Assembly (NCBI RefSeq): GCF_009914755.1
Contig: NC_060928.1
Strand: one strand, 5' to 3'
Source of the DNA: the human T2T-CHM13v2.0 reference genome, Homo sapiens
Length of the DNA stretch: 64,000 nt
Part shown: in pieces, positions 28,899 to 41,900 of the stretch
Numbering within the stretch: the stretch's first letter is position 1
How the letters are laid out: every line of letters starts with the position of its first letter
Program-made: the position numbers and the translations under genes
The notes under the pieces: model-generated
Database searches by the model: none
The model's input: the letters and a program-made list of their open reading frames with translations, nothing else
What the model was told of the DNA's origin: nothing

Positions 28899-30654
28899 TG
28901 TAAACCCCACTAATTTCTATGAAAAAGTATTTCTGTTGATAACCCTGTAGGAAGCTCTTTATTAATGTCTTCATCCTTTAAACCTACTTAGCCCTATGCT
29001 GCTTTAGTCACCTGTACTTTTTTTAAAAACTGTTTTTTTCTCTCATTCTGACTTACTTATCCTTACATACATTGCTATTTCTTCATTCCTAAGGAAGTAC
29101 GCATTCGATTTAAGCATCTGTGCTGAGATAAAATTAAATTCTAGTCTTTTTTAATGGGGCAAAATGGAAATATAATCTCAGGTAATGCTTTCCAGTTCGG
29201 CTTACTGCTGGTTTTTGCAGATGGAATTATAAACATACTTAATCAGAGGGAAATTCCAATACACTTTAGCCACAGGATATTCGTGCCTTTGCATGGGAAG
29301 AATTGATCTCTCCTCAAGCTAGCTGCAACCTGCGTCTTCTGAGGGAAGAGCTGTCTTCACCTGCGTGGGATGAATTTGAGGGATCACTGGCCTTGCCGTC
29401 TGAGAGTGCGGTCCCTGAGCTGGGAGGATTCTGCTGAGATTAGGTCATGCGATCAGCCTGAGGTTGCGACCATGGGGGTGAGCTCAAATTATAGTTTTGG
29501 TACCATGCCTGAGTTTAGTTGGCAAAAGTAATTCACACCAGAGGGGGAATGTGCAAGAGGTCAATAACAGAATGAGAAATCAGGGGCAGGGAAAATGCAG
29601 GTTGTGAAAGACGATGAAGTGATGATTAGAGACAGGCTAGGGTGGCCTACCAGTGGTGAAGTCCTGGGAGTGAAGAAGACGTTTGCTTCATAAATAAAGA
29701 AAGTCTTCTGTGCTGCAGGAGAATCAACTGTTGAGAGGGGTGAACGGATGCAGAGTAGTTTCCCTGTTACCACGTCCAAACAGACGTTTATTTGCTGGTA
29801 ACTGCCATTTCAAAAATACCACCGGAATACTCACTATTTAAATGTTTTTATTACACCACAACTTTGGAAAACATCTCTAAGCCAGGCATATAAGCCAAGG
29901 TTACATAGTATGTCAGGAAAGGTATAACCATTAAATTATTTAACTGTGTTTTGTCTATGATTTTTAAGAAAAAAATCTATATTTTCTGCGAGTAGTGAGC
30001 AATACTTATCAATTGGTTAGTCACTTGTGTCTGCGAGTTTCATCACCAGCATGATCGGAAAGGTATCTCCCCTCAGCTTCATTTGCAGAGAGGCCTGAGT
30101 CGCTCTCAGCCTCCCCCATTTCTGCGCTGCAGCTTCTGGGGAGCCCCTGACACCACAGACCCCAGAGCAGCCCCTGCCGACAGCGTGCCTGCTCCGGACA
30201 ATCCCGAGCTAAGGATCTGTTAGTATTAACCGGGATTTTCTGTCTCGTATAACGCATGGAGCAGTGTTTCTTAAAGAATGAATTTGTGAAGAAAATGCAC
30301 AGCTGCCCCAAACACTGTAGGCACTGAACGAGCACTCATGGCTTCTCCCTTTGCAGAAATCTCTGTGGACTCTCCTGTTCGTGGGAGGAGTGCCTTTTTC
30401 TGGGGTGCAGTGGCTTCCTCTCCATGCTCACCTCGCACACTCCCGGCTCTGCCTCTGCCCTCGGGCCACCGGTCCCCCAGTCGTGCCACGTCCCTGCTGC
30501 CTGAGGGGATGCTTGCACGGCTCCCTCTGCCGGGACTTTCCACCTAGATGCTCGGCCTTGACCCCTCACTCACATACCCTTTTCCTCATAACTCTTTCCT
30601 GACTCTCGACACCATCCTACACTCACAGAGTACTGCACGCCTTTCTGACATAGC

Positions 30655-31577
30655 CGTGTGTCGGTGTGCTGTGTGAAGTGTTTTTGTGTATATGACTACT
30701 TGCATGTTACAGCAGTGTGTCAGTGTGCTGTGTGAAGTGTTTTCGTGTATCTATCTACGTGTAATAGCGTGTCAGTGTGCTGTGTGAAGTGTTTTTGTGT
30801 ATATGACTATTTGTTATAGCAGCGTGTCAGTGTGCTGTGTGAAGTGTTTTCACGTGTATATGACTATTTGCGTGTTATAGCCATGTGTCGCTGTGCTGTG
30901 TGAAGTGTTTTCATGTGTATATGACTATTTGCATGTTATAGCAGCGTGTCAGTGTGCTGTGTGAAGTGTTTTCATGTGTATATGATTATTTGCATGTTAT
31001 AGCAGGGTGTCAGGGTGCTGTGTGAAGTGTTTTCATGTGTATATGACTATTTGCATGTTATAGCAGGGTGTCAGTGTGCTGTGTGAAGTGTTTTCATGTG
31101 TATATGACTATTTGCATGTCATAGCAGGGTGTCAGGGTGCTGTGTGAAGTATTTTCATGTGTATATGACTATTTGCATGTTACAGCAGTGTGTCAGTGTG
31201 CTGTGTGAAGTGTTTTCGTGTATCTATCTACGTGTAATAGCGTGTCAGTGTGCTGTGTGAAGTGTTTTTGTGTATATGACTATTTGTTATAGCAGCGTGT
31301 CAGTGTGCTGTGTGTTTTCATGTGTATATGACTATTTGCGTGTTATAGCCATGTGTCGCTGTGCTGTGTGAAGTGTTTTCATGTGTATATGACTGTTTGC
31401 ATGTTATAGCAGGGTGTCAGGGTGCTGTGTGAAGTGTTTTCATGTGTATATGACTATTTGCATGTTACAGCAGTGTGTCAGTCTGCTGTGTGAAGTGTTT
31501 TGTTTATGTGACTATTTGCATGTTACAGCAGTGTCTGTGTTGTGTGAAGTGTTTTGGTGTATATGACTATTTGCATG
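30655..31577. repeat. TG-rich minisatellite, 61-bp unit, ~15 copies
   Basis: Unit GTGTCAGTGTGCTGTGTGAAGTGTTTTCATGTGTATATGACTATTTGCATGTTATAGCAGG; period measured 30946 to 31007. Confidence 0.95.
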
Positions 31578-31710
31578 TTTTCTGCACACTAGATGGAGTG
31601 CAGAGTGTGTTGCCTGTTTTTCTCCACCGCTCCATCCTCAGTGCCTGCTACGGTGTTGGACACACAGTAGGGGTTCAGTAAATGCTAATGAACAGTCGAT
31701 TAAATGAGCA
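31578..31710 (+). mobile_element. L2 3' terminus
   Basis: cacactaga...cctcagtgcctgctacggtgttggacacacagtaggggttcagtaaatgctaatgaa resembles the L2 tail. Confidence 0.6.
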
Positions 31711-32154
31711 AAAACCTTTATTGAATACCTACCATGTTCCAGACATGGCTAACTGATGAGAATTTACCAATTACATGCTTGCTGCCTTCAGGGAGCTCGA
31801 CCTCACAAGACAGACCGTCACGTAGAGACAACTGCTACACAACATGGGAAGAACTGCTATAGAGATGTAAAGATGTAAAGACCCAAAATGAAGAAGCCAG
31901 AACACATGAACACGAAACCAGCCAACCAACAAACACAAGCAGCATGGAGCATAGAGTCTGGGGACCAACTGCAGGGTGCTGAGGAATGCAGGTGGAGGCA
32001 GAGTGGAAATCACCTGAGTTTCCATCAGGCAGAGTTGCGCTTGAATTTGAGTTCTGGCATTTGCTGAGCCTCTCTGATTCTGTCTTCTGTAAAATAGGAG
32101 TAATAATATTTATTTATATCTACCGTACAGGCAATTGTGAGATTTACTTAAGAC

Positions 32155-32540
32155 ATACTTTGTCCATTTTTCTGTTGCTTATAACAGAATACCTGAAACT
32201 AGGTGACTTATTTTTAAAAAGCTAATTTCTTAGAGTTATGAAGGCTCAGAAATCCAAGGATGGGGGTCTGCAGCTGGTGAGGGCCTTCTTGCTGATGGGA
32301 AATCAGAAAAGCCCTAAGGTGGTTCAGAGAACCACATGGCAAGGGGGCCGAGAATGCTAGCGTGTTAGCTCAGATCTCTCTTCTTCTTATAAGGCCACCA
32401 GTTCCTCTCCCATGATAACCCAGTTATCCATTAACCCATTAGTTCTTTAATCCAGGAGTAGATTGATTCATAAGGGGATAACCCCTGTGATCCAATCACC
32501 ACTTAAAGGATGCCCCTCTCAATACTCCCATATCGGGGAC
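32155..32540 (-). mobile_element. MST (MaLR) LTR
   Basis: gtccatttttctgttgcttataacagaatacctgaaactagg...ggtgagggccttcttgctg...atccaatcaccacttaaagg. Confidence 0.75.
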
Positions 32541-32716
32541 AGTTGCAACACAAACAAATTAAGATGGCCTATTAGACACCCTAAATCTTACATCTTAAGG
32601 TGTTCTGTGATGTTGCAGTTCAACCCCCTCTCATTCCTCTCTACTCTTTTAGCAGTTACAAACAAACAAACTCACTCACCAAAGAAAACACCAAACAAAC
32701 ATACATCCAATAGTAT

Positions 32717-33757
32717 TGTGTCCGGAATTGGTGGGTTCTTGGTCTAACTGACTTCAAGAATGAAGCCACGGACCCTTGCGGTGAGTGTTACAGTTCCTAA
32801 AGATGGTGTGTCCAGAGTTTGTTCATTCAGATGTTCAGATGGGTCCAGAGTTTCTTCCTTCTGGTGGGTTTGTGGTCTAACTGGCTTCAGGAATGAAGCT
32901 GCAGACCTTCACGGTGTTACAGCTCATAAAGATAGCGCAGACCCAAAGAGTGAGCAGCAGCCGCCAAAGACGGTGCAGACCCAAAGAGTGAGCAGCAGCA
33001 GGATTTATTGCCAAAGGCAAAAGAACAAAGCTTCTACAATCTGGAAGAGGACCCTAGCCGGTTGCCACTGCTAGCTCGGGCAGCCTGCTTTTATTCCCTT
33101 ATCTGGCCCCACCCACATCCTACTCATTGGCTCATTTTAGAGAGAGCTGATTGGTCCATTTTACAGAAAGCTGATTGGGCCGTTTTACAGATAGCTGATT
33201 GGTCCATTTTGACAGAGCGCTGATTGGTGCATTTACAAACCTTTCGCTAGACACAGAGCGCTGATTGGTGCATTTACAATCCTTTAGCTAGACAGGAAAG
33301 TTCTCCAAGTCCCCACCAGATTAGCTAGACACGGAGCGCTGATTGATGCGGTTACAAACCTCTAGCTAAACAGAAAAGTTCTCCAAGTCCCCACCCGACA
33401 CAGAAGCCCAGCTGGCTTCACCTCTCAATGACACTTGCTCTGAGGCTTTGCGGCACCTAGCCTGGGTATTCCGGCAGCCCAGAGGGGGCAGCCCAGTAGG
33501 CACCGGCCGGCCACACCGAGTGTGGGCTCCTGAGCCTGCACCCACCTGGAACCAGCACTGGCCCGTGAGCATGCACAGCCCCGCTCCCACCTGCGCCTCT
33601 CCCTCCACACCTGGTGGGGAGCAGAGGGAGCCGCCGGGCCTCCGCCAGCCCCAGAGAAGGGCCCCCACAGCACAGCGGTGGGCTGAAGGGCTCCTGGAGC
33701 ACCGCCAGAGCAGTTGCTGAGAGCCAGTGAGGGCTGCTAGCACGTTGTCACCTCTCA
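32717..33757 (-). mobile_element. Solo LTR12-family (ERV9) LTR
   Basis: Termini tgtgtccggaattggtgggttc / gttgtcacctctca; perfect 4-bp TSD GTAT; repeated ctgattgg (CCAAT) boxes. Confidence 0.95.
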
Positions 33758-33870
33758 GTATTAACAATACAAATACTTTTGTCTTATTTGTCCTTTGACT
33801 TATTTATAACCAACAGAATGTAGAGAAAGTGATGCTGATGTTGAATGACTCTGGAGGCTAGACCAGAAAA

Positions 33871-34432
33871 TGTTGAAGAGTATCAGAATATACAACCCTA
33901 ATATATGTTACTTTTGCATAAATTTTATTTTTTAAATTTTTAATTTTTATTTTAAGCTGAAGGCAATTGAGAAAAAGAAGATGCGAGAAGAGCTGTTTAC
34001 CCTTCCTCTATCTGCTTAAAAGCAAGGAATAAATTTCCATTATAAAGGTGTCCCCTTGTTCTCATACCAAGAAGAGGAGACAGCATCAAGATTACTCTAC
34101 ATAAAGAAACCTAACTAAATAACCCTTTTCTATAATAGTTTCTCCCATGTATTTACCTTCCTACAATTTAATGCCCCTAGAAGCCCAAGCCCCTTTTCTT
34201 TGGTTGCTTCCCCACAATTTATCGTACTTTGTTAAAATGGTAGGTAAGCTCCTAAGTGTAACCACTTCTTTGGATTTTTTTAGTTCTTTCTCTGCAGTTC
34301 CCATGCATATAAAATATTAACAACAAATAAAATTTGTATGCTCTTCATTCGTTGGTCCTTCTTTTGTCAGTTTAATTCACAAATTAAGCTGCAGAACCTA
34401 AGAGGATGGAGGAAAAGTTTTCCTTTCTTACA
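33871..34432 (+). mobile_element. MER34-like ERV1 LTR
   Basis: tgttgaagagtatcagaatata...agctgaaggcaattgagaa...gaacctaagaggatggaggaaaagttttcctttcttaca with TG..CA ends. Confidence 0.65.
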
Positions 34433-34822
34433 AGATCATGTGGCATCTGCTTCACTTACTGAGGAGCCCCGAGCCACCATGTATAAAATCTGAATACCCG
34501 AAGACCCCCGTACTGTGAGGAAGCCCGACCACATGGAGAGGCCACATGAAGGTTCTCAAATCAGAACCCCACCTGAGGTCCCAGCCTACAACCAGTATCA
34601 ACCACCAGACATGTGAGTAATGATGTTTCCAGTTGATTCCAACCAACAGCCTTTGGGTCACCTCCAGCCTTTGGATCTTTGCATCTGAAATGCCACACAT
34701 GACAGAGCAGATACAAGCATTTCTGCTGTGTCCTGTCCAAGTCTCTGACTGATAGAATCTGGGCTTGTTCTAGGCACCTGAGTCTTGAGGTTGTTTGTTA
34801 CACAGCCTCAGTAACTTGAACA
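34433..34822 (+). mobile_element. MLT1 (H-like) MaLR LTR, 3' part; 5' part at ~33760-33870
   Basis: gtgaggaagccc...accagacatgtgagt...ggttgtttgttacacagc...taacttgaaca. Confidence 0.65.
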
Positions 34823-37224
34823 ACAGTTATGCAACACTTGAGCTAGACCTTGAAAGATGAATAGGGATTTTTGTCTAGCAAAACTGTTTGGAAAAGGCTT
34901 AATATTTTAGGAGAAAAGTTAAAAGGTAAGTGTGGTTAACACATGGGTTGTGGGAGAGAATCAGGAGATGAGATGAAAAAAGTTGATGTAAGAAAGTGTG
35001 CTGTATGGTTTGGTGAAAATTATAATATATTTGTTCATCAGCATAGGCAATTTTCTTCCAGACCGCTGGCTTTGAAATGATGTATTTTTAAAATTGCAAA
35101 GTTTATACCATAGAATTTCTGGAGGCTTCTGAAATTTCAATTGGAGATAAAACAGGACTTCAAAATGTAACTTCTCCTAAATTATGAGCTATGGTTTAAC
35201 TGATGAGTAATTTTTAGTTTTATTGTTGGTTAAAAACACACTGTTATTCCCATGAGTGCTCACATCCAGTTTTAGCATGTGTGTGTGTGTTTCTTTTATT
35301 TTTTGTTTTGTTTTGTTTTGTTTTGTTTTGTTTTGTTTGCGGTGGGCGGGTTGGTATCAGAGTTATGAATGAGAAGCATTCTTATCAGAATATACTGGAT
35401 ACTAATACATTTTGCGTGTAATTTTCTACAGAGGTATTGATTTTAATCAACTTTCAAGATGAAGCACCACATTTGTCAAGGCAGAAGACCCAAATGTGCA
35501 ATTTTTTCTTAGGGGAAAACTGGCTATAATGAATGTGCTGAAATATATTAGTTATCTATTAACCTCAACACGCAAGAAAGCACTAGATCATTAGTTTGCC
35601 TGGTAAGGGAAAAAACAGGGGCTGCAGCCTGCCCAGCTACAGAAGAAAGTGGAATCAGCAGAACAAGTGGCCTGTGAAGATGCCAGCTTGTGAGAAATGC
35701 CTGGCTGACTGTGAACAGGGATATTATTAAATGGATGCATATGATGCATAGCGTAATTATACCACTTATGGCAGAAAAACATCACCATTTTATCAAATGC
35801 TCCACTGTGTACATCAAAGATCATGGTATCATCTATCTCTGGGATGCCATGTGAGCTTTGCAGTTCTGGAAGGGCTTCGAGTCAAGTTTTGATTAATTCT
35901 TGATGGTTTTATTTGATTATAGAAGTAGAGCTTGAATGTGTGTGTGCGTTTTCCCTTTTTCTTGTAAGAACTGACAATCTTGATTAAATTTCCCTTTTAG
36001 GAGTGGGAATGGAGAAGAATGGCTTATAGTGTTTTGAACATATCGTCTCAAAATAACCTCTTCGGAAGATTAGTGGAAAGAAGCAAAACTGTGAAGACCT
36101 TGGTTCACAGTAGCTGTTGATGTTTCTTTTTTTCATTTTGGTATTGATTATAATCGCTTCTTCATAAAGCTCAGATGCAGGGTTTATTTCCAGTTCTTTC
36201 ACCGTGCTTCTTACCTCAGAGTCAAACCATTGCTATACTCTCCACATAGTTGGTTTCCAGTGTTTAAATTGCATGCGTGAGGTGCTCAGGTTTGTGACAT
36301 TGCTTTACATATATTACTGTAAAAAAAAAACATAACCCCAAATCTAGAGTATATAAGGCTTTGTGCTAAGCAAGCATGGAAAAGAGTTACTTATGGCTTA
36401 TATCCATGTGTGGACTATGATTGATAGAATTTCCCTTGCAATTGCCAAAGAGAAGTCTACATGGTCTTTGAAGAAACAAATTACCTATGACCCCATGTAT
36501 TTGCATTTGTGCTCTTCCTAACTATATAGTAGTCTGAATTTAGTCCCCCAACGTAGGGGGATGTTTTAATGGACAAGCACTTAATTCATTTCAAGGTTTT
36601 GAGGATTTATCTTATAAGCACTTACTAAGCAGTGGTTATGTCCCAAGGCCAGGGCTGCACCCTGGAGACTCAGGGAGGCACAATACTTGATTTCATGGAT
36701 CTCATAATCTAGTGCTATGGAAACATTAAAATATTAAAACCACAGTGGAGAAGAGCAGTGGATAGGTCTTAGGGAAGAAGACTTGTATGAAAGGTGATGC
36801 CTGAAATCATACTTAGTCATCTTTACATAGGACGATTTTTATGGAAGAATGAAATCTTCAGGATTGAATGATATTTTCATTTTAGCAAACTGGCCATCTC
36901 TTTTCTTTGAGCTTATAAACATGGTTGAATGTGTCAAGTAGCGAGACAAGAAAAAAATACCTTTGAGTGACCTTGCTTTATTATGTGAAAAATGACAAAC
37001 TGGCAGGCAGGAAAGATACATGGCTTACCATGTATCTTTCAATTTTTGGGATGTACTAAAAAATTCAATGCAGTTACCACATAGAAGCAAGAGCTAGAGA
37101 AGTTCTGAGAGAATTTTTAATCTTTAGGTCAGACAGCAAGGATGTGAGGCGGTGAAGTTAAATTACACTGAGTCACATTGACGTTGACTAGTCTGATAGA
37201 TACAGAAACACACAATTACCTTCA

Positions 37225-38058
<834 letters not shown>

Positions 38059-38333
38059 TAAAACACTGCCCTTTCTATAGAAAAACTGGTCAAGTACTGG
38101 ACAGTTTACTACAAAAGAAACAGTAAGTAGATAAAAAATGAAACCTAGGTTCAAAAGCATGAATAATGAATCTTGATTTTAATGATGGTTTCATCAGTGT
38201 ATGCATATGTCCAAACTTATCAAATTGTACACTAAATATGTGTAGTTTTTTATATTGATTTTACCTCAACAAAGCTATTATAAATACAAATAATAAAAAG
38301 TGCAAATAAATTGACAAGATACAAATATATTTA

Positions 38334-38793
<460 letters not shown>

Positions 38794-38932
38794 CTAGGAG
38801 TCTAGATAATTCGATATACAGGTAAAGTCACAGCATTTATTTAATCATGTTAATTAGTTATGTAACATATAATAAAATAATATTGTATGTTAATACATAA
38901 TATAAATATATTATGCTAATACATTGATATAT

Positions 38933-41900
38933 ACACACTTAGTCCTTCTATCTGTTACTAAAGGGAGCTCACGTGGCACCAACAAGGAAACACACACTTA
39001 GTCCTTCTATCTGTTACTAAAGCGAGCTCACGTGACATCAACAAGGAAACACACTTAGTCCTTCTATCTGTTACTAAAGGGAGTTCACGTGACATCAGCA
39101 AGGAAACACAGTCTTATCTGTTACTAAAGCGAGCTCACGCGACATCAACAAGGAAACACAGTTAGTCCTTCTATCTGTTACTAAAGGGAGCTCACGAGAC
39201 ATCAACAAGGAAACACAGTTAGTCCTTCTATCTGTTACTAAAGGGAGCTCAAGTGACATCAACAAGGAAACACACTTAGTCCTTCCATCTGTTACTACAG
39301 GGAGCTCATGTGACATCAGCAAGGAAACACAGTCCTTCTATCTATTACTAAACGGAGCTCACGTGACATCAGCAAGGAAACACAGTACTATCTGTTACTA
39401 AAGGGAGCTCACGTGACATCAAAAACGAAACACACTTAGTCCTTCTATCTGTTACTAAAGGGAGCTCACGCGACATCAACAAGGAAACACAGTCCTTCTA
39501 TCTGTTACTAAAGGGAGCTCACGTGACATCAACAAGGAAACAAACTTAGTCCTTCTATCCGTTACTAAAGTGAGCTCATGTGACATCAACAAGGAAACAC
39601 AGTTAGTCCTTCTATCTGTTACTAAAGCAAGCTCACCTGACAACAACAAGAAAATACACACTTAGTCCTTTGTATCTGTTACTCAAGCGAGCTCATGACA
39701 TCAACAAGGAAACACACACTTACTCCTTCTGTTACTAAAGGGAGCTCATGTGACATCAACAAGGAAACACACAGTTAGTCCTTCTATCTGTTGCTAAAGG
39801 GAGCTCATGTGACATCAACAAGGAAACACAGTTTGTCCTTCTATCTGTTATTAAAGGGAGCCCACGCGACATCAACAAGGAAACACAATCAGTCCTTCTA
39901 TCTGTTACTAAAGGGAGCTCACGTGACATCAGCCAGGAAACACACTTAGTCCTTCTATCTGTTACTAAAGGGAGTTCACATGACATCAGCAAGGAAACAC
40001 AGCCCTTCTATCTGTTACTAAAGGGAGCTCACGCGACATCAACAAGGAAACACAGTCCTTCTATCTGTTACTAAAGCGAGCTCACATGACATCAACAAGG
40101 AAACACAGTTAGTCCCTCTCTCTGTTACTAAAGCGAGCTCACGTGACATCAACAAGGAAACACACTTAGTCCTTCTATCTGTTACTAAAGGGAGTTCACG
40201 TGACATCAGCAAGGAAACACAGTTAGTCCTTCTATCTGTTACTAAAGGGAGCTCACGAGACATCAACAAGGAAACACAGTTAGTCCTTCTATCTGTTACT
40301 AAAGGGAGCTCAAGTGACATCAACAAGGAAACACACTTAGTCCTTCCATCTGTTACTAAAGGGAGCTCACGTGACATCAGCAAGGAAACACAGTCCTTCT
40401 ATCTATTACTAAACGGAGCTCACGTGACATCAGCAAGGAAACACAGTCCTATCTGTTACTAAAGGGAGCTCACGTGACATCAAAAACGAAACACACTTAG
40501 TCCTTCTATCTGTTACTAAAGGGAGCTCACGTGACATCAACAAGGAAACACAGTCCTTCTATCTGTTACTAAAGGGAGCTCACGTGACATCAACAAGGAA
40601 ACAAACTTAGTCCTTCTATCCATTACTAAAGTGAGCTCACGTGACATCAGCAAGGAAACACACTTAGTCCTTCTATCTGTTACTAAAACGAGCTCACCCG
40701 ACATCAACAAGGAAACATAGTCCTTCTATCTGTTACTAAAGGGGGCTCAGGCAACATCAACAAGGAAACACAGTTAGTCCTTCTATCTGTTACTAAAGGG
40801 GGCTCACGTGACATCAACAAGGAAACACACTTAGTCCTTCTATCTGTTACTGAAGGGAGCTCACGCGGCATCAACAAGGAAACACACTTAGTCCTTCTAT
40901 CTGTTACTAAAGGGAGCTCACGTGACATCAGCAAGGAAACACACTTAGTCCTTCTATCTGTTACTAAAGCGAGCTCACATGACATCAACAAGGAAACACA
41001 CTTAGTCCTTCTATCTGTTACTAAAGGGAGCTCACGCGACATCAACAAGGAAACACACTTAGTCCTTCTATCTGTTACTAAAGCGAGCTCACGTGACCTC
41101 AGCAAGGAAACACAGTCTTATCTGTTACTAAAGTGAGCTCACATGACATCAACAAGGAAATAGACTTAGTCCTTCTATCTGTTGCTAAAGGGGGCTCACG
41201 TGACTTCAACAAGGAAACACAGTTAGTCCTTCTATCTGTTACTAAAGCGAGCTCACATGACATCAACAAGGAAACACACTTAGTCCTTCTATCTGTTACT
41301 AAAGGGGGCTCACGTGGCATCAACAAGGAAACACAGTTAGTCCTTCTATCTGTTACTAAAGCGAGCTCACGTGACATCAGCAAGGAAACACACTTAGTCC
41401 TTCTATCTGTTACTAAAACGAGCTCACCCGACATCAACAAGGAAACATAGTCCTTCTATCTGTTACTAAAGGGGGCTCAGGCAACATCAACAAGGAAACA
41501 CAGTTAGTCCTTCTATCTGTTACTAAAGGGGGCTCACGTGACATCAACAAGGAAACACACTTAGTCCTTCTATCTGTTACTGAAGGGAGCTCACGCGGCA
41601 TCAACAAGGAAACACACTTAGTCCTTCTATCTGTTACTAAAGGGAGCTCACGTGACATCAGCAAGGAAACACACTTAGTCCTTCTATCTGTTACTAAAGC
41701 GAGCTCACGCGACATCAAAAAGGAAGCACAATCCTTCTATCTGTTACTAAAGGGAGCTCACGCAACATCAACAAGGAAACAAAGTTAGTCCTTCTATCTG
41801 TTAATAAAGGGTGCTCACGTGACATCAAGAAGGAAACACAGTTAGTCCTTCTATCTGTTACTAAAGCGAGCTCACATGACATCAACAAGGAAACACAGTC

